Positions 1-8,927 of a stretch of DNA of 64,000 bases are shown here, piece by piece. How positions within the stretch are numbered: position 1 is the first letter of the stretch; every line of letters begins with the position of its first letter. The stretch lies in NCBI GenBank assembly GCA_034434995.1, contig DAOTYF010000020.1:2486-66485 (forward strand), in the 5' to 3' direction. The position numbers were made by a program, and so were the translations under genes. The notes below the pieces were generated by a model. The model searched no databases. It had not been told where the DNA came from and saw only the letters and a list, made by a program, of their open reading frames with translations. The stretch comes from Anaerolineae bacterium (GTDB lineage: Bacteria > Chloroflexota > Anaerolineae > Aggregatilineales > UBA3940).

Positions 1-1787
1 AACAGATCATGCAGATCGCATCGGAGTTGTTTGGCTACAGCTTAGGTGACGCCGATCTGATGCGCCGGGCCGTCTCGAAGAAGAAAGAAAAGGACCTGTT
101 CAAGCACAAAGCCATCTTCCAAAAGCGCGGGCCGGAGCGAGGGGTCTCCGCGGAAGTGGCTGGGCAGATATTCGACGACATTGCCTTTTTTGCGCGTTAC
201 GGTTTCAACAAATCGCACGCCGCTGATTATGCCGTCCTCACGGTCCAGACCGCCTTTCTGAAGGCACATTACCCGATTGAGTACATGACGGCCTTGCTCA
301 CGGTGGAGCGGGCGGATATTGACAAGGTGGGCAGCTACATTAGCGATTGCCGCCGGATGGGTATTCAGGTGCTGCCCCCTGACATCAATACAAGCGACCA
401 CGATTTCACTATTGAACGCCGGGCTGGGGAGCTAGGAGCGATCCGCTATGGGTTGAGTGCAGTGAAGAATGTGGGGCACGGTTCTGTCGAGGCCCTGCTG
501 AAAGCACGTGGTGACCGGCCATTTGTTGATATAGCGGATATGTGCCAGCGCGTTGATCTCCGGCAGGTGGGTAAACGCGCTCTGGAGAGTCTGATCAAAG
601 TGGGAGCGCTCGATTCGCTTGGCCCCCGCCAGGCGCTGCTCGCGTCGGTGGATCGCATGATGGGTTTGTCCGCCAGCCATCATCGCGCAGCGGAAGTCGG
701 CCAAATGAGTCTGTTTGGTGCAACCACCGGTGTTGCGCTGGATACGGTGTCTAGCGGGGTGCTGGTCAACGAGGTTGCGACGCCCATCTCCCATCGGGAG
801 ATACTCCAATGGGAGCGCGATCTGGTTGGGGTCTATATCTCGGAACACCCTCTCCAGCAGGTGGCAGATCGGCTCAGCGGCACAGTGACGATGTATACCA
901 ACCAGATCACGGAGAGCGATCATGGCCGCCAGGTCACCATGGCGGGTACAGTGACCTACGTACGGCGGCACATTACCAAGTCAGGTAAACCGATGGCCTT
1001 CGCTGGGCTGGAGGACCTGTATGGGCAGATCGAGGTAGTTATCTGGCCCAGTACGTGGGACGAGACCCAGGAATTGTGGGAGCCGGATCGCATTCTGCTG
1101 CTGCGTGGCAAGCTGGATACATCACGCGGCGAGCCGAAGCTCCTGTGCGAGGAGGCTACCACCAACCTGGAAACATGGGAGGCTGTAAAAGCCCTCGATG
1201 AAGACCGCCCCCACTGGGTAGCCAGAATGCCCGGCCATGATGATGAGCCGCCCCTCGACCTGCCATCCGGTGTGAGCATGGCCTCGCGGGTGCGGGTCCT
1301 CATGCCGGGCCAGCCGGAACCGGAGCCTGATCCAGAGCCAGGTTGGGGCGCAGACAATGGCTTCTCGTCGGATGAAGACATGGGGTTGGGTGAGTCTCCC
1401 CCCCGATCAGAGGGGGCCGGGAGCGTGGTTGAGGCGGATACAGCCCCCCGTGCACAAGAGCCTGCCCTAGAATCGCTCTTGGTACGGCCCTCGGAACAGC
1501 CCTCTGTAACGGGGGATCGATCAGGCGGCTCTACCCGCTTGGCGCTCCATCTGCGCGTCCGTTTCCGCCGAACCGGCGATCCAGCACGCGACCGGCGCCG
1601 GCTCGAGAAAGTTCATGGGGTATTGAGCAGCTTTCCTGGTCCAGATCGGTTCTCAATTGTGGTTCTGGGCGGTGAGGATGCGATTGAGATCGACTTTCCG
1701 AATGATACGACCCGCTATTGTGATGCTCTGGCGGAGCAGCTTGCTCACCTTCTTGGTGAGGATGCGGTTCAGCTTGAGCCTCTTTAG
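1..1787 (+). CDS. dnaE: DNA polymerase III alpha subunit, C-terminal part (5' end outside window)
   Basis: The frame is open from the window edge (..QIMQIASELFGYSLGDADLMRRAVSKKK, FFARYGFNKSHAADYA). OB-fold-like segment GKPMAFAGLEDLYGQIEVVIWP. Ends with a ~190-aa acidic/Pro-rich tail (PEPEPDPEPG) plus a short structured C-terminus. Confidence 0.9.
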   Translation, partial: QIMQIASELFGYSLGDADLMRRAVSKKKEKDLFKHKAIFQKRGPERGVSAEVAGQIFDDIAFFARYGFNKSHAADYAVLTVQTAFLKAHYPIEYMTALLTVERADIDKVGSYISDCRRMGIQVLPPDINTSDHDFTIERRAGELGAIRYGLSAVKNVGHGSVEALLKARGDRPFVDIADMCQRVDLRQVGKRALESLIKVGALDSLGPRQALLASVDRMMGLSASHHRAAEVGQMSLFGATTGVALDTVSSGVLVNEVATPISHREILQWERDLVGVYISEHPLQQVADRLSGTVTMYTNQITESDHGRQVTMAGTVTYVRRHITKSGKPMAFAGLEDLYGQIEVVIWPSTWDETQELWEPDRILLLRGKLDTSRGEPKLLCEEATTNLETWEAVKALDEDRPHWVARMPGHDDEPPLDLPSGVSMASRVRVLMPGQPEPEPDPEPGWGADNGFSSDEDMGLGESPPRSEGAGSVVEADTAPRAQEPALESLLVRPSEQPSVTGDRSGGSTRLALHLRVRFRRTGDPARDRRRLEKVHGVLSSFPGPDRFSIVVLGGEDAIEIDFPNDTTRYCDALAEQLAHLLGEDAVQLEPL

Positions 1788-1822
1788 CGCGAGCCGCCCC
1801 GAATCCTGGTAAGAAGGCAACC

Positions 1823-2800
1823 ATGAGCGACGAGATAAAACGCATTGCTGTAATGACCAGCGGCGGTGATTCGCCGGGCATGAATGCGGCAATCCGTGCG
1901 GTTGTCCGCGCGGGAGTCTTTCATAATCTGGAAATCTATGGGATTCGGAAGGCCTACGTTGGCCTGATTAACAGCGACTTTGAGCGCATGACGGCCCGCG
2001 ATGTAGGCGGCATCATCCAGCAGGGCGGAACGATTCTGCAAACAGCGCGTCTTCCTGAATTCCAGGACGAGGCGTTGCAACGCAAGGCTGTGCGCTGCCT
2101 GAACGAACAAGGCATCGATGGGCTGGTGGTCATTGGCGGCGATGGCAGCCTGGCGGGTGCGTTGGCCCTGCATAGGCATGGCGTAAAGGTCGTAGGCATT
2201 CCGGCCAGCATTGACAACGACATTTGGGGCACAGCTAGCTCCATCGGCGTCGATACGGCTGTCAATACCATCCTGGAGTCAATAGATCGCCTGCGGGATA
2301 CTGCCTCCTCCCATGAGCGTGTTTTCCTGGTCGAAGTGATGGGGCGCCGTTGTGGGCATCTTGCCATCGTGGCTGGGCTGGTTACCGGTGCGGAGGTTGT
2401 GCTGATTCCAGAACAGGAGACGACGCTGGAGGAGTTGGGCAGCGCACTGGAAGAGGCGTACATGAAGGGCAAGAGCCATGGCCTCGTGATCGTGGCAGAA
2501 GGGGCCAACCTGAAACTGCCTCAGATTGCGGACTACCTCAAGGATCACGATATTGGCTTCGAGGTGCGAATGACTATGCTGGGCCACGTCCAGCGGGGGG
2601 GACGTCCGACGGCTTTCGACAGATTGCTTGCCACCCGCTTCGGCGTGGAAGCGGTCGAAACTCTTCTGAAAGGCACACACGGCGTGATGACCGCCCTAGA
2701 AGGAATGGACATTGTAACGTTGCCGCTGGAAGAGGTGATCGGCAAGCAGCGCCCCGTCAATCCCCATTACATGGAGCTGGCCAAGATCCTTGCCAGGTAG
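1823..2800 (+). CDS. pfkA: ATP-dependent 6-phosphofructokinase
   Basis: MTSGGDSPGMNAAIRAVV, IGGDGSLAG, GIPASIDNDI and MGRRCGHLA are classical PfkA motifs. Length is 325 aa. Confidence 0.9.
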   Translation: MSDEIKRIAVMTSGGDSPGMNAAIRAVVRAGVFHNLEIYGIRKAYVGLINSDFERMTARDVGGIIQQGGTILQTARLPEFQDEALQRKAVRCLNEQGIDGLVVIGGDGSLAGALALHRHGVKVVGIPASIDNDIWGTASSIGVDTAVNTILESIDRLRDTASSHERVFLVEVMGRRCGHLAIVAGLVTGAEVVLIPEQETTLEELGSALEEAYMKGKSHGLVIVAEGANLKLPQIADYLKDHDIGFEVRMTMLGHVQRGGRPTAFDRLLATRFGVEAVETLLKGTHGVMTALEGMDIVTLPLEEVIGKQRPVNPHYMELAKILAR

Positions 2801-2890
2801 CTGCTTAAATTGAGGTACAATACTTTAGCCTATTGCCCGTCCTCAAACGGGCGTTTTTGCAGGTGAGCGTACTGGAGGAGCGAGTGACCG

Positions 2891-4045
2891 ATGAGGATCG
2901 GAGTCCTGACAGGCGGCGGCGATGTTCCCGGCCTGAATCCGTGCATCAAGGCGATTGTGGATCGCTGCGTGGAGGAAGGTCATACCGCGCTGGGAATCCG
3001 GCGAGGCTGGGCTGGCCTGCTTAACTATGATCTGACCACCGGTGAAGGCAACGACGAATGCATCATTGAGTTGGATAAGAACGCGGTGCGGCGCATCGCT
3101 CGCACCGGTGGCACTTTCTTGCATACCTCACGCACCAACCCGGCTAGCGTGAAGGGACGGGATGTGCCAGAGCATCTGCGCGACTCGGATTGGTCGCCCG
3201 ATCAGGAAGGGCGAGATTTTACCCCTCATGTGTTGAAGGTGATCGATGCAGTCGGGTTGAACGTCATTATCGCCATCGGGGGGGATGATACGCTCAGTTA
3301 TGCCGAGCGCCTGCACCGCGAGGGGGTATCCATTATGGGTATTCCCAAGACGATGGATAACGACGTATTTGGCACAGATTACTGCATCGGCTTCAGTACG
3401 GCAGTGACGCGCAGCGTAGACTTTATCAACAATCTTCGCACCAGTACCGGTTCTCACGAGCGCATCGCGGTGATCGAATTGTTTGGCCGCAACTCAGGTG
3501 AGACCTCGCTGATTGCAGCCTATCTTGCCGGGGTGGATCGGGCTATCATATCCGAGGTTCCATTTAACCCGGAGAAGCTGGCGCGCCTCCTTCAGGCCGA
3601 TAAGGCGGATAACCCCAGCAACTATGCTATGATGACCATCTCTGAAGGCGCGCGCATGGAAGAAGGCGAGATCGTCCAGCGCGGTGAGGCCGATGCCTAT
3701 GGGCATCAGAAGCTGGGTGGGATCGGCCTGATCACGGGGGAGATCATCAAGAAGCTGACCGGGGAGGACATTATCTACCAGCAGATCGCGTATCTGATGC
3801 GCTCTGGCGCACCCGATTCGCTCGATCTGATGGTGGCCTTCAACTATGCCCATATGGCCATGGATATGGTCATCAAGGGCCAAAGCGGTCGCATGGTGGC
3901 CTTGCGCGGTGGGGTGTATACAGACATTCCGATCAGCATGATCATGCAAGGGCGTAAGACAGTAGATGTAGGCGAGCTGTACGACATTGACCAGTACCGT
4001 CCTAAGGTCAGGCACGTGGCTGGTATGCCGATGTTTCTAAGCTAG
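2891..4045 (+). CDS. Phosphofructokinase family protein, probably PPi-dependent
   Basis: [26 protein letters not shown] has Asp where ATP-PFKs have the second Gly. [10 protein letters not shown] has Lys where ATP-PFKs have Gly. Length is 384 aa. Confidence 0.8.
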   Translation: MRIGVLTGGGDVPGLNPCIKAIVDRCVEEGHTALGIRRGWAGLLNYDLTTGEGNDECIIELDKNAVRRIARTGGTFLHTSRTNPASVKGRDVPEHLRDSDWSPDQEGRDFTPHVLKVIDAVGLNVIIAIGGDDTLSYAERLHREGVSIMGIPKTMDNDVFGTDYCIGFSTAVTRSVDFINNLRTSTGSHERIAVIELFGRNSGETSLIAAYLAGVDRAIISEVPFNPEKLARLLQADKADNPSNYAMMTISEGARMEEGEIVQRGEADAYGHQKLGGIGLITGEIIKKLTGEDIIYQQIAYLMRSGAPDSLDLMVAFNYAHMAMDMVIKGQSGRMVALRGGVYTDIPISMIMQGRKTVDVGELYDIDQYRPKVRHVAGMPMFLS

Positions 4046-6609
4046 TGCCTAGACGTCCGATGATCCCCGTCAAGCTGGAACTGCAAAACTTCCTGGCCTA
4101 TCGCAGCCCGGAGCCACTCGATCTGACAGGGCTGCACTTGGCCTGCCTGGCCGGCCCAAACGGAGCCGGTAAGTCGTCCTTGCTCGATGCGATCACCTGG
4201 GCGCTGTGGGGAAAGGCCCGTGCCCAGCGGGATGACGAGCTGATCCACAGTGGCGAGCTGGAAATGAGCGTCCGACTGGAGTTTTCCCTGGAGGGGAATC
4301 TCTATCGCGTGATGCGCTACCGCTCGCGTCAAGGGCGTGGGGCTAGTGATCTGCTACTGGAAATCCTGGACGGCAAGGACTGGCGCTCTATCAGTGAGGG
4401 CACTATTCGCGCAACCCAGGATAAGATCAGCCGGCTACTGCGCCTTGACTATGCCACCTTCATCAATTCCGCCTTTCTCATGCAGGGGCGTGCTGATGAG
4501 TTCACGACCAAGACTCCGGGCGAGCGAAAATCCATCCTCGCCGAGATTCTGGGCCTGGATGCATGGGTCGAATACGAAGAACGGGCCAAGCGTCGTCTGC
4601 GGCTGATTGACGACCAGTGCAACCAATTGGATGCAAGAGTCGAGGCAATTGATGCGGAACTGGCTTGTGAGAAGGACTACCAGCGCGATCTGATCCAGGC
4701 ACAACAGGAACTTGACTCCCTTAACCAGCATGTGCACGAAGCCGACATCCGCTATCGAGAATTGGAGGCAGCCCGCCTCCACCGCGATGCCCACCAGCAG
4801 GCATATAGTGATGGGCAGACCCGCCTTCAGGAAGTCGATCTTCAGTTGAGCCGCCTCCAGGGCGAACGCCAACAGCTTCTTGACCGGCTGGCAGCTTATC
4901 AGTCTGCACTCGCGCGCGCTGATGAGATTGAGATGGGCTATGCTTCTCTTATGGAGGCCCGCCGGATTGATCGCAGTCTTAGCGATCAGTTGTTCGAGCA
5001 GCACGGTCTATCCCGACGCCGTTCCGAACTTCAGCAGGTTTTGGCTGCCGAGCGCGCACGCCTGGAAGCGGAACTGCGAGCGCTTCGTCAGCGCAGTGAG
5101 GAGCTGGAGCGCATCATCCACGAGGTAGATAGCTCCGAGGTGTTGCGCGAGGCCGAACAGCAGATCGCCGAGCTGGAACGGCGTGAGGAGGAACGGGAAC
5201 GGCTCCAGGTCCGACAGAACGAGCTGCGAGAAGAGCGGGCTGATCTGGAGGGCCATAACCGCAGCCTGAGGTCCGAAATGGATCGGCTAAAAGGACAGCT
5301 AGCGCAGATCGAAGGCGCGACTGAACCGGTTTGTCCTCTATGCGGACAGCATCTTGGTGCGGACCACCGGGCCGACCTGATCCGCAGGCTCTCGGAGGAG
5401 GGCCAACAGCGCGGAGCTTTGTTCCGTGCGAACCGTGATCGTGTCCAGGCTATCAATGCGGAAGAGAAGGGGTTAGTGAAAGCGATCCAGGCCGCCGATC
5501 AGGAGCTTCGCCGGCTGCCCCCCCTCCGCGAGTACGTGACCCGGCAGACTGAACGCATAACACGGGTTGCGGAGGCTCTCTCACAGTTGGAGCTAGCTCA
5601 GGAACAAACTGCTGCACTTGAAGCGCAATTGGCTGCTGGCGAGTATGCGATTGAGGCGCGGGCTGCGCTGAGGGAACTCGACGCCCAATTGGCTGGCCTA
5701 GGATACGATGAGCAGGCTCATCAGCAGGCCCGCGCGGTCATTGCGGAGAACGAGGTCTTCGAGGCTTTGCGAGCCGATCTGGAGCGCGCCCGCGAGAGCA
5801 TCCCGGAACTGGAAGCGACATTGGATGGGCTGGATCAGCAGGCCCGATCTTGGGAAAGTCAGCGTGCCAAAGAGATGGCTCGTCTAGATGAACTGGCTGC
5901 CGAGATCGAAGCCCTTGATCAGCAGCTTGCTGAAATGGGGCACTGGGAGCGCCTGCTGGCTGATCTGCGCGATCAGGAGATGCAAGCTCGCGAGCGGGTC
6001 GGTGCAGCTAAGCAAAGACTTAACGCCCTAGAGCAACAGCGAGCGCGCCGCGAATCTCTGCTCCGCGACCGCGATCAGCTTGTCGCGGAGCGCGCTGTAT
6101 ACGAGGAGCTTCGCTTGGCCTTCGGCAAGGATGGCATTCCGGCAATGATCATCGAGGCGGCTATCCCTGAGATCGAGCAGGAGGCCAACGAAGTTCTAGC
6201 CCGCATGACCGATGGTCGAATGCATATCCGCTTCGATACCCAGCGCGAGAAGATCACTGGTGGTGTCAAAGAGACGCTCGATATCAAGATCGCTGATGAG
6301 CTGGGGACACGCGATTACTTTACCTTCAGCGGAGGGGAGGCCTTCCGTGTTAACTTCGCCATCCGCCTGGCGCTTTCGCGGCTGCTAGCCCGGCGTGCGG
6401 GCGCGCAGTTGCGCACGCTGATCATTGACGAAGGGTTTGGTACTCAGGATGCACAGGGACGCGAACGGTTGGTGCAGGCGATCAACGCTATTCAGGACGA
6501 GTTTGATCTGATCCTAGTGATTACGCACATTGACGAGTTGAAGGATGCCTTCCCCGCGCGGATCGAGATCAGCAAGACCCCTTATGGCTCGCAGATTGAG
6601 GTCGTCTGA
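4045..6609 (+). CDS. sbcC: SbcC/Rad50-family coiled-coil ATPase
   Basis: N-terminal Walker A GPNGAGKSS, long coiled coil, central zinc hook CPLC (5332-5343), signature FSGGEAFRV and Walker B LIIDEGFG. The GTG at 4045 overlaps the pfk stop by 1 nt. An alternative ATG lies at 4060 (MIPVKLELQNF). Confidence 0.85.
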   Translation: MPRRPMIPVKLELQNFLAYRSPEPLDLTGLHLACLAGPNGAGKSSLLDAITWALWGKARAQRDDELIHSGELEMSVRLEFSLEGNLYRVMRYRSRQGRGASDLLLEILDGKDWRSISEGTIRATQDKISRLLRLDYATFINSAFLMQGRADEFTTKTPGERKSILAEILGLDAWVEYEERAKRRLRLIDDQCNQLDARVEAIDAELACEKDYQRDLIQAQQELDSLNQHVHEADIRYRELEAARLHRDAHQQAYSDGQTRLQEVDLQLSRLQGERQQLLDRLAAYQSALARADEIEMGYASLMEARRIDRSLSDQLFEQHGLSRRRSELQQVLAAERARLEAELRALRQRSEELERIIHEVDSSEVLREAEQQIAELERREEERERLQVRQNELREERADLEGHNRSLRSEMDRLKGQLAQIEGATEPVCPLCGQHLGADHRADLIRRLSEEGQQRGALFRANRDRVQAINAEEKGLVKAIQAADQELRRLPPLREYVTRQTERITRVAEALSQLELAQEQTAALEAQLAAGEYAIEARAALRELDAQLAGLGYDEQAHQQARAVIAENEVFEALRADLERARESIPELEATLDGLDQQARSWESQRAKEMARLDELAAEIEALDQQLAEMGHWERLLADLRDQEMQARERVGAAKQRLNALEQQRARRESLLRDRDQLVAERAVYEELRLAFGKDGIPAMIIEAAIPEIEQEANEVLARMTDGRMHIRFDTQREKITGGVKETLDIKIADELGTRDYFTFSGGEAFRVNFAIRLALSRLLARRAGAQLRTLIIDEGFGTQDAQGRERLVQAINAIQDEFDLILVITHIDELKDAFPARIEISKTPYGSQIEVV

Positions 6610-6635
6610 TGGCAAACACTGGTTAGAATGGGTGG

Positions 6636-8303
6636 ATGGGAAACGCTCTGATGTCTCAGCCAGCAAGGCCAATGCATCCCATCGCGGTTGTGCCTCTGAT
6701 AAGTAGCCAGGAAGGTGATGAGGCAAGGTGGCTTGGTGCGCTGCTGGCGCGGCTCTTGGCCCAATTCCTGCAAGGATCGGGCCTGCCGGTGGTGAGCTAC
6801 AATGATCTGGCCAGCTATCTGGCTGAACAGAAGGTGATGCTCCCACTGAATGCGCCGGCTGCCCAAGCGATCCAGCAGTCGCTCCGCTTGAGCGCGCTGA
6901 TTCATGGGCGGTATACCCTTGACGAAGAGGGGAAGATGTTGAGCTTGCAGTTGATCATCGAGGCGCCGGAATTACCTCCTGTTCCATTGGAAGCATCATC
7001 ACCCCTGGCAGGCTTTGGGCGTTTCATTGAGCGTGTCGCCCTGGCACTGATCGAGCAGTTGCGCGTGCCGATTGATGATAGCTTGCGGGAGCAGGTTAAC
7101 AGATTGCCTCGGCCATCGTCCTTTGAGGCGTTCCGCCAGCTAGCACGCGCACAGGCGGCTTGGTCAAGAGGGCAGAATGAGCTGGCGCTGGCGTCTGTGA
7201 CATCGGCGCTATCTCTGGATGCGGACCTGGAGGAAGCCGCGGCACTGGAGGTGGCTATTGCGCGGGCGGCGGGGGATACTGCCACCACTCGTGAAGCGTT
7301 CCGGCGCTGGTCACACATTGCCACCAGAGGGCAGAGACCCCTAGTGGCAGCAGAACGTCTGTTGATGCTTGGGCACTGGCTGGCCGCGCACGCAGAGTGG
7401 GATGATGCCCGGCGCGCATACGAAGATGCGCGTGCTATCTTCCAAAAGGAGCAGGATGACTACCGCCTTTCCCAGACCCTCAACAATCTTGCCAACCTGG
7501 AGCTAGTGCGCGAGAACTACCAGGAGGCGATACAGGTGTACCGGCGCACGTTGCGCACCTTCGAGTCCGAAGAAGGCGGCGAGCCGGATGCAGCCAGCAC
7601 ACTTCATAATTTGGCATTGGCCCACAGGGGCCTGGGACAGCAGGAAGAGGCGGAGCGCGCGATCGAGCAAGCGCTCGCGCTGGCGCGCCGGATTCAGGAT
7701 ACGTATCTGGAGGCACGCTGCCTGGCGCAGCGCGGAACGATCTACGCCGACACAGGTCGCTGGATGCGTGCGGAGGCAGACTATACGCAGGCGGCGCGCT
7801 TGCTGGACGTGCTAGGCGACGATGCCGCTGTAGCCGTTGTGCAATGTCACCAGGCCATTTTGCTGAAACAGCAAGGGGCATATGAGCGTGCAGAGAGGCT
7901 GATGATCCAGGCACTGAGGAACTTGGAGCGCCTTAATGTCCCTCACGAGCAAGCCATCTTATGGCTTAACTTGGCGGGCCTGTATCTGGCGATGGGTGAC
8001 TATGGCCGCGCCTGGGATTACGGGGAACGTGCCCATGAGACGCTGGTTCGGCTGAAGTCGGCCTGGGCAGACCGTGCGCGGGATTTATTGGATGCACTTG
8101 CGAGCATCTCTGAAGTAGCTGGGGAAAGTGAGGAAGCGCCACCTGCGTTACCTCCCTCGCCTGCAGCGCCAGGGTCAAGCAACACAACCCTTCGGCCAGC
8201 CCCAGACGCTACTTCGGGCTTGGCGCCCAACGATGTGGACAACTCCCCTCTCCCTCGTGATTTCGAACACCCCGCCGATACAAAGCCGTCTCAGCCGGAC
8301 TAA
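6636..8303 (+). CDS. TPR-repeat protein with TolB-N-like N-terminal domain
   Basis: N-terminus IAVVPLISSQEGDEARWLGALLARLLAQFL resembles TolB-N-like modules. Multiple TPR-like repeats follow (NNLANLELVRENYQEAIQVY, LHNLALAHRGLGQQEEA). The C-terminal tail is Pro-rich. Confidence 0.6.
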   Translation: MGNALMSQPARPMHPIAVVPLISSQEGDEARWLGALLARLLAQFLQGSGLPVVSYNDLASYLAEQKVMLPLNAPAAQAIQQSLRLSALIHGRYTLDEEGKMLSLQLIIEAPELPPVPLEASSPLAGFGRFIERVALALIEQLRVPIDDSLREQVNRLPRPSSFEAFRQLARAQAAWSRGQNELALASVTSALSLDADLEEAAALEVAIARAAGDTATTREAFRRWSHIATRGQRPLVAAERLLMLGHWLAAHAEWDDARRAYEDARAIFQKEQDDYRLSQTLNNLANLELVRENYQEAIQVYRRTLRTFESEEGGEPDAASTLHNLALAHRGLGQQEEAERAIEQALALARRIQDTYLEARCLAQRGTIYADTGRWMRAEADYTQAARLLDVLGDDAAVAVVQCHQAILLKQQGAYERAERLMIQALRNLERLNVPHEQAILWLNLAGLYLAMGDYGRAWDYGERAHETLVRLKSAWADRARDLLDALASISEVAGESEEAPPALPPSPAAPGSSNTTLRPAPDATSGLAPNDVDNSPLPRDFEHPADTKPSQPD

Positions 8304-8324
8304 CCTCTTTTCTCCGCCTTCTGC

Positions 8325-8352
8325 TTGACATCCCTGCCCGGTGCGATATACT
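8325..8352 (+). promoter_or_regulatory. Sigma-70-type promoter of groES-groEL (TTGACA-N16-TATACT)
   Basis: TTGACA at 8325-8330, 16-nt spacer, TATACT at 8347-8352, immediately upstream of CIRCE. Confidence 0.55.
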
Positions 8353-8361
8353 ACGCTGGAA

Positions 8362-8388
8362 TTAGCACTCTTATCGCCAGAGTGCTAA
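8362..8388 (+). promoter_or_regulatory. CIRCE operator (HrcA binding site)
   Basis: TTAGCACTC-ttatcgcca-GAGTGCTAA is a perfect match to the CIRCE consensus TTAGCACTC-N9-GAGTGCTAA. It lies 120 nt upstream of groES. Confidence 0.9.
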
Positions 8389-8507
8389 TAGGGGGGGCTT
8401 TCTGAGCTTTGACCGGGTGTAGAATTGCCGGGCTATGCTCTAGGGATTGCCCCGCGCCGTTCGCTATTTGAGGCCACACGTGAACCTGTCATTGGGAGGA
8501 ACATTCT

Positions 8508-8801
8508 ATGGCACTGAACTTGCGACCGTTAGGAGATCGCGCTGTGGTGGAACCCCTTGAACAGGAGGAGCGCACCCAGACCGGACTTTATATCCCCGAA
8601 ACAGCAAAGGAAAAACCGCAGCAAGGCAAGATTCTGGCCGTTGGCGCAGGCCGGCGTGATGAAGCGGGCAAACGCATCGCGATGGATATTGAGGCCGGAC
8701 AGACCGTGCTCTTCGCCAAGTACGCGGGCACGGAAGTCAAGATCGATGGCAAGAAGCTGCTCATCCTGAAGGAAAGCGACATTCTTGCTATCGTGGAATA
8801 G
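8508..8801 (+). CDS. groES: Co-chaperonin GroES
   Basis: 97 aa. [57 protein letters not shown]. Confidence 0.95.
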   Translation: MALNLRPLGDRAVVEPLEQEERTQTGLYIPETAKEKPQQGKILAVGAGRRDEAGKRIAMDIEAGQTVLFAKYAGTEVKIDGKKLLILKESDILAIVE

Positions 8802-8852
8802 CCAAGCGTTTCACGGAAAGTCCTTCCAGGCAAACTTCCTGTGAAACCCGCG

Positions 8853-8880
8853 GTTTGGCCGAAAGAATTTTCGGCCAAAC
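8853..8880 (+). repeat. 28-nt perfect palindromic hairpin element in the groES-groEL spacer
   Basis: GTTTGGCCGAAA-GAAT-TTTCGGCCAAAC gives a 12-bp stem and 4-nt loop. A near-identical copy lies at 18234-18261. Confidence 0.6.
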
Positions 8881-8927
8881 ACTTAGCCCTTGCAAACTAT
8901 TGCCCCTTACGAGAGGAAAGAGGAACC

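Noticed and set aside
1200-1560. Pro/Glu/Asp-rich low-complexity stretch (PEPEPDPEPG and similar) near the dnaE 3' end, considered as a tandem repeat or insertion.
   Set aside because: It is in frame within dnaE with no nucleotide-level tandem repeat unit. It looks like a disordered linker before the conserved C-terminal segment.
2350-2808. 152-aa out-of-frame ORF overlapping pfkA on the same strand.
   Set aside because: The pfkA frame is fully motif-supported. The overlapping frame is Arg/Gly-rich with no features.
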